Positions 48,412 to 58,162 of a DNA stretch of 61,351 nt are shown piece after piece. A model generated the notes under the pieces. It did no database searches and was not told the origin of the DNA. It saw only the letters and a list, made by a program, of their open reading frames with translations. The position numbers and the translations under genes were made by a program. Location: sequence record SRR2962707_4944, one strand, 5' to 3'. Within the stretch, counting starts at the first letter, position 1; each line of letters starts with the position of its first letter.

Positions 48412-49938
48412 TCAGCTCCCACATTCTACTGAGGGCACAAGCCCTTCGTACAAACCACCGGCTGTCAGAACCATAGGCGTAGAGCCGTCCAGGTTCGCAG
48501 CGATGATCCGCCCCTGCGTTGACAGGTCACCATCGACAAATCTTGGGAATTGGTTGGTAAAGTCATTACGTTCCAGGATCAGGATTTCACCATCCGCCGT
48601 TGCCAAACCGGCCCCGTTCCCCAAAAGAACATTGTCTTCCAGAACAGTCGCCACACCGCTTTTTTGATCCGAAACCCAAAGAGCCGAGCTCCTGTTCCCA
48701 AAAATCCGATTGTCTGTGACGACAACCCCATAGGCCGTCCGGACCTCGATCCCTTTTTGGCGATTGTCCATAACGAGATTATGGGTCACCTCTGCACAAT
48801 GCGATTTGGAGATCGAAATCCCGCCACCACCGCGGTGCCAGACCAAGTTATTGCGGACAATGACATTGTCACTATCGTTGCGCACCACAATCCCAGAACG
48901 ATCCCCGTCCAGCACAACATTCCCGGCAATAACGCCACGAGAAGACCCCTGAAGCAAACGAATTGCATTTGTGGGTGCGTCGCCGGAGAACAGATTACCA
49001 ACAATCCGCGTATCTACTGAGTGTGTCACAACCAAAGAAGGTCCACGCGTGTCGTGGAACCGATTGTTGCGAATGACCATACCGTCCGTCATCGTCGACG
49101 AAACCGAGACGACATTGGTAAACGAGTTGTTTTCGATCACGTTTTGATCGCGTTGGACCAACAATGGGTTGCGCACCAGTGACAAGCCACCAAATTTCGC
49201 TTCACTGCCAAATCCAAGACCATGAAAACTGGCATTGCGCACTTTGATAGACGCGCCCCCTGCGTTAACGACAAAGGGGATAAAATCGTTGTTTGTTGGG
49301 CTGGGTGGACCATCAACAGTGAACTCTGTTCCGTCGACTTCCAGGCGACCGAAGTTCGCCAAAAACGCCCCATCCGTCCGGCTCAGGATAACCTTGTCTT
49401 CCGGTCCAAGAACCAGCGACGCGTCGCTCCAGATGATGACAGGTTTGCGAATGATACCATCCTGAGATTTATCTGCAGACTGCAGCCCAAGACGATCTAG
49501 TTGTTTGAAAATATCCGTCAAAGTGACGGTGCCGGAATAGATAACCAGCGCCTGTGCCTCAGGAGATCCCTGCGCTTCGATCACATCCTGATTGTCTTTC
49601 GCACCGTAGATCTGGGCGATCAGTCCTAATGCAAAGCGCATATCATTGGCTTTTGCATCAATCATGCCCGAAGGACGCGGAGGCTGCGAACCAGTCGCAA
49701 CCGTGACGTTCAGACCATCCAAAGAAACAATGGAACCAAGTCCGGCTTCCTCGACCAGGTTGCGCGCTGAAAGATTCGCGGCAGGTTCTGAAACCATCTG
49801 CGCTGATAGATTTCGTAACTGCGTGCGCAGTTTAGACACTTCATCAACCGTGGCCGCGCTAACGGGCATGGAGGCTAGCGCCATTGCGAAGCAGGCCCCC
49901 AAGGCCTGCTTCATGCGATATGTTGTGCGATCAAGCAT
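48412..49938 (-). CDS. algG: right-handed beta-helix protein, AlgG (mannuronan C5-epimerase) homologue
   Basis: Signal peptide; GTVTLTD, LSRTDGAFLANFG, FIPFVV, F.GLGFG; PbH1 repeats (VIRNNRF, IVGNLF, VIAGNVV, NRQKGIEVR). Confidence 0.7.
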   Translation of the reverse strand: MLDRTTYRMKQALGACFAMALASMPVSAATVDEVSKLRTQLRNLSAQMVSEPAANLSARNLVEEAGLGSIVSLDGLNVTVATGSQPPRPSGMIDAKANDMRFALGLIAQIYGAKDNQDVIEAQGSPEAQALVIYSGTVTLTDIFKQLDRLGLQSADKSQDGIIRKPVIIWSDASLVLGPEDKVILSRTDGAFLANFGRLEVDGTEFTVDGPPSPTNNDFIPFVVNAGGASIKVRNASFHGLGFGSEAKFGGLSLVRNPLLVQRDQNVIENNSFTNVVSVSSTMTDGMVIRNNRFHDTRGPSLVVTHSVDTRIVGNLFSGDAPTNAIRLLQGSSRGVIAGNVVLDGDRSGIVVRNDSDNVIVRNNLVWHRGGGGISISKSHCAEVTHNLVMDNRQKGIEVRTAYGVVVTDNRIFGNRSSALWVSDQKSGVATVLEDNVLLGNGAGLATADGEILILERNDFTNQFPRFVDGDLSTQGRIIAANLDGSTPMVLTAGGLYEGLVPSVECGS

Positions 49939-51337
49939 AGTTCTTCAAGGTCAGAACTTTGTCTGCATCCGGCGCAACTGGCGCTTGGACGTTCAAGAAC
50001 AAAAGTTCTGCTGGCTTGCCCGTCTTGTTATTCAGAGTCACAGCTTCGGCTTCGTTCAAAACGAAACGTTCGCCCTGTTGGTAGGTCTGGACTTCTTCGC
50101 CTTCACCAAGTGTCACCTGCCCCCGGACGACGATTATCTCGCGGCCGTTTGCAGAAACCAGATCCAGAGATTTTCCCGGATTAATTCTGGCAGTCGACAA
50201 TTCAACATTATCGCTGGAAACCATGCGGGTCAGACCATCTTCTTGATCCTTTCCAACGTGGCGTTCCGCTTCCAGACGCTTTTCCTCTTTTAGGAAAGTC
50301 GCGACCTTCTTAACGCTTTGGCAATGACCGACCTGAGTAACCAGCAAGGCATCTGGCGTGTCGATGACGATCACGTCTTTCATGCCCACTAAGGTGACCA
50401 AACGATTGCCATCTGAACGCACCATTGAGTTCGCGGATTCCACGGCGATCACGTCACCATGCAAAACGTTCCCCTGATGGTTCACATCCGATATACCATA
50501 CATCGCGGACCAGCTGCCCACGTCGCTCCAGTCGATATCGAGCGGCGATAGAGCGATACGGTCTGTCTTTTCAAAGACAGCGCTTTCGGTCGGTTCTGAC
50601 TTCGCTTCACTGAAACGAATGGCATTCAGCATCAGACCTTCTTCACGCTCTTCTGCCAGATCGACAGATTTGCGAACAGCCGTCACAGTCTCTGGGTCGA
50701 ACTTGGAATATTCTTCCAGGATCGTAGAAGCCGAGAACATGCTGATGCCAGAAGCCCAATACGCAATGTCGCTTTCGACCAAAAGACGCGCTTTGCGGGT
50801 TGGTGGTTTCTCAACGAAACGCTCAACCGAATGCAGGCCAGGATGCGAAACAATGGGGCCGCTGTCCACAATATAGCCAAAGCCCGTTTCCGCATAGCGA
50901 GGCTTAATGCCGAACGTGATGATATATCCGTCCAAAGCGGCCTGACGCATCGCAGAGATCGTCGTGTTCATGTCCCCTTTGATGACGTGATCCGCTGGAA
51001 GGACCAGCAAAAGCGCCTCAGGGTCGGTCTCCGCCAATTTCATGGCAGCGGCCAAAACAGCAGGACCTGTGTTGCGGCCCATTGGTTCTAGGATAACCTG
51101 CGCATTGACGCCGATTTCTTCGAGTTGCTGATGGACGGTACGACGATGCCGTACCGAAGTGATGATTACTGGGTCGGCGAAATTTTCACCTACATGACGC
51201 TCCACTGTATCCTGAAAGAACGTCTTTGAGTCAGCATCGCCAACTTTTTGAAACTGCTTTGGACTTTGCGTCCGCGAAATTGGCCAAAGGCGAGTTCCGT
51301 TGCCCCCACAAATAATAAGGGGATAGATTTTGGTCAT
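49931..51337 (-). CDS. algA: mannose-1-phosphate guanylyltransferase (AlgA/ManC) with a degenerate C-terminal cupin
   Basis: GGNGTRLWPISR..PKQF, LEPMGRNTGPA, PADH, TGFGYI, FVEKP, WSDVGSW, DTPDALLV. Confidence 0.88.
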   Translation of the reverse strand: MTKIYPLIICGGNGTRLWPISRTQSPKQFQKVGDADSKTFFQDTVERHVGENFADPVIITSVRHRRTVHQQLEEIGVNAQVILEPMGRNTGPAVLAAAMKLAETDPEALLLVLPADHVIKGDMNTTISAMRQAALDGYIITFGIKPRYAETGFGYIVDSGPIVSHPGLHSVERFVEKPPTRKARLLVESDIAYWASGISMFSASTILEEYSKFDPETVTAVRKSVDLAEEREEGLMLNAIRFSEAKSEPTESAVFEKTDRIALSPLDIDWSDVGSWSAMYGISDVNHQGNVLHGDVIAVESANSMVRSDGNRLVTLVGMKDVIVIDTPDALLVTQVGHCQSVKKVATFLKEEKRLEAERHVGKDQEDGLTRMVSSDNVELSTARINPGKSLDLVSANGREIIVVRGQVTLGEGEEVQTYQQGERFVLNEAEAVTLNNKTGKPAELLFLNVQAPVAPDADKVLTLKNYA

Positions 51338-52410
51338 AGCATTTCCTTCAAATCGAGGAGCGCACCGCCTAAAATAGGTTTGGCCAACCGCAACCGCGCG
51401 GACTGTCCAATATCCTCTACACTCAAGCCGCCCTCTTCAGCTACGAGATCCACAGGTACATACAATTCTCCGCGAAGGGCTGACGCATTGGAATTCGAAT
51501 TGATAACAACGCGCACTGGGATTGAGCGACCATCCGCAACATCCAAATATACACGTTCACCATCCATTGCTTTTGCCAATCCTTCGACACTCATCTGAGT
51601 TCTCACTCTGACTCCCACACTAGAGTCGAAAAACGTCAAAATTGGGTCGATAGGAAGAACTGTTGCGCCTTCTACTACGTTATCTGTAACTGTTACTTCG
51701 CAATCACAGGGTAGTTGGAAATTGAGGACATCTCCGCTGTTTGAGTTGATGGAAAATACGACTTCGCCCTGCTTTGCAGCTGGGTTCAGGTAACTAAGTT
51801 GACCCGCCGCCGTCGCACGCATTTCTGTTCCGGCACGCTCAATAAAGACAGGGCGCGCTTCGTAACTTTGTGTGTAACGGGTCAGGATAACATTCAGAGC
51901 CAAGAGAATCAGAACAACCGATCCGACCGCGGCCGCCAGGCTTTTCAGACGACGACGCGGGTCCTCAATTGCCTTTTCTCTTGGTTTTTTGGGTTTAGTT
52001 GGGCCTGTGTAGCCCATCATCGAACCGAGCGATACGAAATCGCCGGCGATAAAACTGTTCAAAATATACCGGAGCTGCGGCAAGTGCGGCCCGGTTGGAT
52101 CAATAAACTGCAGCGCGATTTCGCCATCGTTCCGTGTACCCGCAACCATTGCTTCGGGGAACACTGCGACAGTGAAACCTTCGAAATCGAATTGAATTCG
52201 GATAACGAATTTCGATCCCATTAAGTTCGAATCAAATGCACCAGGTGCATTGATATATGCTGCGGCAACGGAAAGTCCCGTACCTTCAAACTTTTGATCA
52301 CCGATATGAACCGTAAATGGAATCGGCAATACAGGATGTTCCGTGTCGTAAACGAAATCGACGGGAACGGACTGATGGACTTCTGCTGCGATATTCGTTT
52401 GCTCGGTCAT
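51334..52410 (-). CDS. alg44: Alg44-like copolymerase (PilZ-like N-domain, TM helix, MFP-like domain)
   Basis: LRYILNSFIAGDFVSLGSM and PCDC match Alg44; directly follows alg8. Confidence 0.75.
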   Translation of the reverse strand: MTEQTNIAAEVHQSVPVDFVYDTEHPVLPIPFTVHIGDQKFEGTGLSVAAAYINAPGAFDSNLMGSKFVIRIQFDFEGFTVAVFPEAMVAGTRNDGEIALQFIDPTGPHLPQLRYILNSFIAGDFVSLGSMMGYTGPTKPKKPREKAIEDPRRRLKSLAAAVGSVVLILLALNVILTRYTQSYEARPVFIERAGTEMRATAAGQLSYLNPAAKQGEVVFSINSNSGDVLNFQLPCDCEVTVTDNVVEGATVLPIDPILTFFDSSVGVRVRTQMSVEGLAKAMDGERVYLDVADGRSIPVRVVINSNSNASALRGELYVPVDLVAEEGGLSVEDIGQSARLRLAKPILGGALLDLKEML

Positions 52411-52437
52411 GTTACTATCTCTTTTGCCTGATACTTT

Positions 52438-53922
52438 TTATATTTGGGCGAGGAATAGGACCCCAATAGTCAGCCACACAATCGCCAATACATGGTGAAT
52501 GAAGGATTCTTGTGCCTTCAACTTTTCAGACACCGGCACAGCCGCTGCCTCTGACGCGGTTTGCCGCGTCCATCTTTGTTTATTCAATCGGAACAGCACA
52601 AATGTCTTTGTAGCTGCGCCATACACCTGACCGAAGTACAGGATAAGCGGGTGGGTCACAGGGAACCATGTGCCGCGTGTGAGCGCGATGATGACACAAA
52701 AGATGTACCGTGTCGCCATCACCCACGCGATATACAGCGGGATAACAGATGCTGTATGAAGAATTGCCGCGATTGCGACAGAAATCGGTCCAACCAGGGT
52801 GGTCCATGCAGACACACGTTGGTCAAGGATTGACCACCATGTGAACGGGCTAATTCTTCTGGGGCCAAGCTTGATCGCGCGACCATTTGTTCGCATCATG
52901 TTGCCAAACCAGCGAACCATCAATGTTTGAGCACTGCCTAAAAACGTCGGCCGTGGTTGGTTTTCCACCGACCACGAGCGCACATCTGGCAGATATGCCA
53001 TTTCATAGCCGTTTCGAAGCAGCCAGAACCAAGTCGATTTGTCATCGCCTGTCAAAAAGACAACACGACCCAGACGCCAGTGGTCCAGATAATCGTGGTC
53101 AATGCCTTCAATGAATTCAGGATCAACCGCCAAATCGCCGCGGAATACAGACATCCGACCTGTAAGGGTCAACACCTGGTTAGACAATCCCATAGAGGAC
53201 ATCATCACCTGACGTTGGTTGAAACGCAAAATGAACCAATCACGATAAAGGTTCTTTTTCTCGATCAACGCGCCCTCGTCCGTCGTCAAAGCGCCGACTT
53301 TGGGGTTGGTAAAGAAAGGAGCGGACACAGCGTGGATGTCTTCAGGAACAACTGTATCGCCGTCCACGAAGACCACGATATCGCGATGTGTCGGGTTGTA
53401 ATGACGTATGATGCGCAAAGTTTGCGCAATCGCATCGCGCTTACCCTTTGATGAAATCCGGTCAATAACCAGTTCCACTGAGGACATGTCGCGTGGCATT
53501 GTTTCAAAAATCTGCCGGATCAGGCGTTCATCCGCCCCTTCAACGACAGAAGCAACGACAGTAGAGCCGTCTTCGGCATTGGCTGCCGCGTGAAACAATT
53601 TGCGATAGACCAACATGGTGGTGTCGATTTCCATCCCGTAGGTGGTCACCATGAAAAAACAGTGTGACTTGGCGCCTTCGGCCTTACGCGCATTAAATCG
53701 CTTGTGGGCCCGAGCCTTGCGCACCGGATAGACGATGCGGCGGAAGATCACCGACCTTGTAAAGTTCAGGGCTGCCCATGAATAGCGCCAAGCGCCCAGA
53801 AAGCCGAGAATGAAGATTGAGTTTTTCGCCGCATCCAATGAGCCTAGAACCCCCGCCGGAACGGAGGTTGCTAGGAGGACGATGACCGCGAAATAGGCCA
53901 TATGTGTCAATGGGAGGAGCAT
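52438..53922 (-). CDS. alg8: GT2 mannuronan synthase
   Basis: GAWRYSW, GKRDAIA, DGDT, LTTDE, LRFNQR, VLTLTGRMSVFR, HWRLG, LTGDDKSTW, LMVRWFGN. Confidence 0.9.
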   Translation of the reverse strand: MLLPLTHMAYFAVIVLLATSVPAGVLGSLDAAKNSIFILGFLGAWRYSWAALNFTRSVIFRRIVYPVRKARAHKRFNARKAEGAKSHCFFMVTTYGMEIDTTMLVYRKLFHAAANAEDGSTVVASVVEGADERLIRQIFETMPRDMSSVELVIDRISSKGKRDAIAQTLRIIRHYNPTHRDIVVFVDGDTVVPEDIHAVSAPFFTNPKVGALTTDEGALIEKKNLYRDWFILRFNQRQVMMSSMGLSNQVLTLTGRMSVFRGDLAVDPEFIEGIDHDYLDHWRLGRVVFLTGDDKSTWFWLLRNGYEMAYLPDVRSWSVENQPRPTFLGSAQTLMVRWFGNMMRTNGRAIKLGPRRISPFTWWSILDQRVSAWTTLVGPISVAIAAILHTASVIPLYIAWVMATRYIFCVIIALTRGTWFPVTHPLILYFGQVYGAATKTFVLFRLNKQRWTRQTASEAAAVPVSEKLKAQESFIHHVLAIVWLTIGVLFLAQI

Positions 53923-53933
53923 TGCGCTTCCTT

Positions 53934-55253
53934 TTACCAGCAGATGCCTTCGTAAGTGCCATCGGACGTCAGCTCTTTGTTAAGCCGTGTCAGATCCACT
54001 ACGGGACGGGTTTTCGCCGTTTCAGTCAGGCGCTCGACAGTTTCTGCGTAGAAATTACCTACAACCAGCGCCCCTGCGTCATTGATCATACCATCCAGAT
54101 CGGTGGTGATACGCTCAGGCAGGTTCGGGATCACGTCGTTGCCGCGGCCCGCGCCAGGTGTGTGCGTTGCATAAGCTTCGGCAACGTAGGGGTCATAGAT
54201 CGATACTTCGATGCCTTTTTCGATCAAGCGACCCGCCAAAGTGGCCAGTGGGCTTTCACGAAGGTCGTCCGTACCAGGTTTGAACGCGACACCGACGAAA
54301 CCAACGGATTTGGCGCCAGAACTGGTGACCATATCCTCAGCACGTTGAATTTGTGCTTCGTTTGCTTCCAAACACGCTTCCAAAAGATGCGCTTTGATAC
54401 CCTTTTCACGCGCCAAATGACGCAATGCGCGGACATCTTTAGGCAGGCAAGAGCCACCAAAGGCAAAGCCCGGACGCATAAAGTATTTGGAAACAATCGC
54501 CTTGGTATCCGACGTCAGGATCTCCATGACTTTCTGTCCGTCAAGACCGCAAGACTTTGCGATGTTGCCGATTTCGTTGGCGTAAGTCACTTTAACTGCG
54601 CGCCATGTGTTCGAGCAGTACTTGACCATTTCCGCGGTGCGCAGATCAACAACGTTGACATCGCATGGCAGGTCTTGGTTCAGCTCGGTCAGGATTTTGG
54701 CTGTACCTTCATCCATTGCACCGAAAACGATCAGGCCAGGATCATAATAATCTTCGATCGCTGTGCTTTCACGTAGGAATTCTGGGTAGTAGCCCATTCC
54801 GAAGTCGACGCCAGCTTTTTTGCCGGACTCTTCTTCCAGTGTTGGGATACAAGCTGTCTCACACGAACCAGGAACGATGGTCGAGCGGATCACAACTGAG
54901 TGGAACGCATCTTTGTTTTTCAGCGCTTTACCGATGTTTTTGCAAACATCCGTTACATAGACAAGTCCAACCGAACCGTCAGGGGCACTTGGCGTGCCAA
55001 CCGCGATGAAAGAAGCGTCTGTATTGTCGATCGCATACTGAACGTCACTTGTTGCTTCCAACAGTCCGTCAGCAACGGCTTTGGAGATCAATTCATCCAA
55101 ACCGTTTTCAACAATAGGTGTCAAACCTGCGTTGATTGCGTTAATCTTACCTGGGTCAACATCGACCGCGATTACCTGGTGACCATCACGGGCCAAGCAA
55201 GCTGCGGATACTACACCTACGTAGCCAATGCCGAAGACACTGATCTTTGCCAT
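53934..55253 (-). CDS. algD: GDP-mannose 6-dehydrogenase
   Basis: FGIGYVG, VGTPS, PEFLRESTAI.DY, AEMVKY..N.W.A.KVT.ANE, MRPGFAFGGSCLPKDVRAL, FKPGTDDLRESP, EGICW C-terminus. Confidence 0.92.
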   Translation of the reverse strand: MAKISVFGIGYVGVVSAACLARDGHQVIAVDVDPGKINAINAGLTPIVENGLDELISKAVADGLLEATSDVQYAIDNTDASFIAVGTPSAPDGSVGLVYVTDVCKNIGKALKNKDAFHSVVIRSTIVPGSCETACIPTLEEESGKKAGVDFGMGYYPEFLRESTAIEDYYDPGLIVFGAMDEGTAKILTELNQDLPCDVNVVDLRTAEMVKYCSNTWRAVKVTYANEIGNIAKSCGLDGQKVMEILTSDTKAIVSKYFMRPGFAFGGSCLPKDVRALRHLAREKGIKAHLLEACLEANEAQIQRAEDMVTSSGAKSVGFVGVAFKPGTDDLRESPLATLAGRLIEKGIEVSIYDPYVAEAYATHTPGAGRGNDVIPNLPERITTDLDGMINDAGALVVGNFYAETVERLTETAKTRPVVDLTRLNKELTSDGTYEGICW

Positions 55254-55577
55254 GTTATTCTGCCTCTCAAGCTTCACATTTCGTAAGCTCGTTATCTTTT
55301 ATTTTTGTGACTAAATTACGTTTCAATTGTTTCCAAACAAAGAAGAAATGAGGCTAATTTCCGCGATTGGTTCTCGAAGTGTCATTTCTGCATCAAGACA
55401 CTAATCATGGTAGAGACATGCGTGTTTAAACGTAATATGTAGTGACAAGGGTCAGGTTTGGCTTGACCAATTACGGCAAAAAAGCGACAAAATTAGCAAC
55501 AATCCCGACAAATTCGCCGGATCGTTTACAATCAGAACATCAATTAGCACGTTGATTCCCGCTGAAGGAGAGCAGAA

Positions 55578-56570
55578 ATGAAACCTCTGGTTGTTGCCAT
55601 TGTGGTCGTGAGCATGGTGACCGCATGCGATAGTTTACCCAAAATCTCTATTACGATGCCGCAACGCAGCGAATCCGCGGCACCAACGGTGCAAGCGTCC
55701 CCTGCCTCAGAGGTCGAAGTTGCTCAAAAACTGAGCTTCAGTGACTATGCACCAAGAGGTTACGCCCGGCTTCTGAACGAAACTCAACACGGGTTCAGGT
55801 ATTCCGTTCCAGGCGAGCCGGTAAGACGGGGCGCCGTATCGGAGCGTTACGAACTGCGCAGCGATGAATGTGCCGGAAGCGACTGCGGAAAACCTCGTTA
55901 CCGCACTGAAATTCGAGCAGAAAACGCGCGTTCTTCGATTAAGGTCAATAAGGACAACTGGGTTGGTTGGAGCTTTTATAATGCCAACATCAATTCGTCC
56001 GACAAGAATGACTCTTTGAAGACTGTCTTTGGACAATGGAAGCTAGATGGCGACATTCCATCGGCCGTCCGCATTGTTCAACTGGCGCGCGGTGAAGGTA
56101 ATTGGTCTACCTGTGACACCAACATTTGCAGCCGCAGCAATGACACCTCAAAAGACGTCGTTGTCCAGCTTGATGATATGCAACAGGCGATGGGCTGGGG
56201 TGCCGAGCAAAACAACGGATACATCTGCCAATTGTTCAGCATGCAAGAGAAGAAAGGCAAGTGGGTCGACATTGTACTGAACTCCAACTTTGCAAATGAT
56301 GAAACAGGCTACTTAAGGGTCTGGGTCGATGGCGAATTGGCATGTGCCTATAACGGTCGCGTCTCCGCAACCAGTGAAAGAAGACTGCGCCGTCAACCGA
56401 ACCACAGACGCGGTATTTTCGTGAGTTACACCAGCCGCTGGGATCAGACTCATGACGGCGCACCCAAACCCACACTGGTCGCCTATTATGATGAATTCCG
56501 AACAGGCAATAAACGCGAAGATGTGGATACGCTCCTCCTCGAGCGCAAAGCGAAACGCCCAGTCGACTGA
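55578..56570 (+). CDS. lipoprotein with a jelly-roll polysaccharide-lyase-like domain
   Basis: Lipobox VTAC(17); VRRG..SERYELR, RTEI, W.GWSFY, GKWVDIV, GYLRVWVDG, YYDEFRTG. Confidence 0.65.
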   Translation: MKPLVVAIVVVSMVTACDSLPKISITMPQRSESAAPTVQASPASEVEVAQKLSFSDYAPRGYARLLNETQHGFRYSVPGEPVRRGAVSERYELRSDECAGSDCGKPRYRTEIRAENARSSIKVNKDNWVGWSFYNANINSSDKNDSLKTVFGQWKLDGDIPSAVRIVQLARGEGNWSTCDTNICSRSNDTSKDVVVQLDDMQQAMGWGAEQNNGYICQLFSMQEKKGKWVDIVLNSNFANDETGYLRVWVDGELACAYNGRVSATSERRLRRQPNHRRGIFVSYTSRWDQTHDGAPKPTLVAYYDEFRTGNKREDVDTLLLERKAKRPVD

Positions 56571-57100
56571 AACACGGGCCGACAAGTGGCTGAAGGTTCC
56601 ACCTTTGGCCGCCCTATTCTTTACATGGGTTAAAACGCCCTTTTCACTCCATTGGCAACTAGGCGACTAAGCGTCTTTCTTGGTGTTCATGATCGGCAAC
56701 AGTGCCCAGCACAGCAGACCTCGAAGATTAGAATTGCGGCTCACTGCATGAATCTCAGGTCTGTGGAAGCTACATCGCAGTGCTCGCCCGATCCACGAAG
56801 TTCAGCAATGGGCCGATCGTGTTCATCTGTTCGGGGCAGTTTAGCGGGATTGCGTTGGTGCAGCGAACGGCCAAAACATGCCCAATGCTACTTATGCTGC
56901 GTTTTGCACTAATGACTGCTTTTCGCGGCCGGTTCAAAACGTGCAAAAAACCAAACTGAGTTTTGCAAGGGTTCGAAGTATCAGAAAATCTAACGACGAC
57001 TGCCTAAGGACTCCATTCGCCAAGAACGACCGTTTCAAGCAAAGTGTCGCTGATGCAGCAAAAATCTTGGCTGAATCATTGCCATGGATTGAACATCAAC

Positions 57101-58015
57101 TTAGGGGCCGCAATTCGGTGACGGTACTCTCGGCGGCCCAAGTCCGTCAGCCTCTTCAATGCAAACCTGACGCAGCCAGGAATTGAGGGGTGAGCGGTTG
57201 GATGCTGCGGACCAGTACATATTCATAACTATGTCCAGATCAAACGGAAACCGGGCTTTGGCAATGTTTTCTGTGAATGAGTCGGCCAACCTGCTGGGCA
57301 AACCGCTTATCAGATTTGTGCCTTGGATAAATGTGGGGATATAGGTCGCATCCGACACCACGGCGACCGTATCTATTGTAGCGCCCAGCCTTTCGGCTTC
57401 AACGGCATAGTACGGCCTCCAGCCTGGCCACATTTGGGCCTCTACATGCCTTGCCTCTGACAGATCTTTCAGCGTTAGTTGCTTGTTCATCAGCGGATTA
57501 CTTGGATCCATGACGCAAATAGGAGTATCCAATAAAATCCGTGGATGTGAATAGATTCCGTTCTCTTCTATCTTATTGAATACAAGTGCTAAATCTGACT
57601 TTCCGTCCAGCAGGAGACTCGCAACTCCGTGGAAGTGTTGTTCGATTTCCAGAACTATTCCTGGTGCTTCGGATCGAAGGCGACGAAAGATTTTTGGCAA
57701 AAGTACTTTCAGTCCTACGCTGGAGCAAATGATTTTGAAATGCGCGTTGGCTTTGGATGGGTCGAATTCTCCCGAGCTTTCCATAGTGTCCGCTTCGGCA
57801 AGGATGCGCTCGATCATGGGGATGAGGTCACGACATCGCTGGGTTGGAACGTTTTGACCACCTTGTCGCACAATCAGTGGATCATCCAATGACTTCCGCA
57901 ATCGGTCGATCGTGTAGCTTACCGTTGACTGTTTGACGCCGATTTCGTCCGCGGCGGAGGAAAAAGAGCCAAGCCGGTAAACCAGCCGCAGCGTTCGAAG
58001 GGAATTGAAATCCAA
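57101..58015 (-). CDS. LysR family regulator
   Basis: GSFSSAADEIGVKQSTVSYTIDRLR..LDDPL.VR; TTG start. Confidence 0.85.
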   Translation of the reverse strand: MDFNSLRTLRLVYRLGSFSSAADEIGVKQSTVSYTIDRLRKSLDDPLIVRQGGQNVPTQRCRDLIPMIERILAEADTMESSGEFDPSKANAHFKIICSSVGLKVLLPKIFRRLRSEAPGIVLEIEQHFHGVASLLLDGKSDLALVFNKIEENGIYSHPRILLDTPICVMDPSNPLMNKQLTLKDLSEARHVEAQMWPGWRPYYAVEAERLGATIDTVAVVSDATYIPTFIQGTNLISGLPSRLADSFTENIAKARFPFDLDIVMNMYWSAASNRSPLNSWLRQVCIEEADGLGPPRVPSPNCGP

Positions 58016-58162
58016 ATTCAGAAGTTCTTGGTGGCTGGAAATCGGCTTGCTCCCATCGAATTCTTCTATGTCTAGTATCTATATCACGGGATTGTTCGAT
58101 GCAAGCGACGGCCGCTACCTTGAGCCACAAGACGCAACGTACACTGGCTAAGGGAGAGACAG

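Noticed and set aside
42510-55253. Calling the alg accessory genes pseudogenes
   Set aside because: No stops or frameshifts; signal peptides and tight gene coupling are preserved
55340-55560. Short AATTAGCA repeats in the algD promoter region
   Set aside because: Too short in AT-rich DNA to call as operators
56652-57186. Short ORFs here and at 58752-58976 and 60484-60747
   Set aside because: They lie over the repeat units; similar peptides (GKLTFA) simply reflect the DNA repeat
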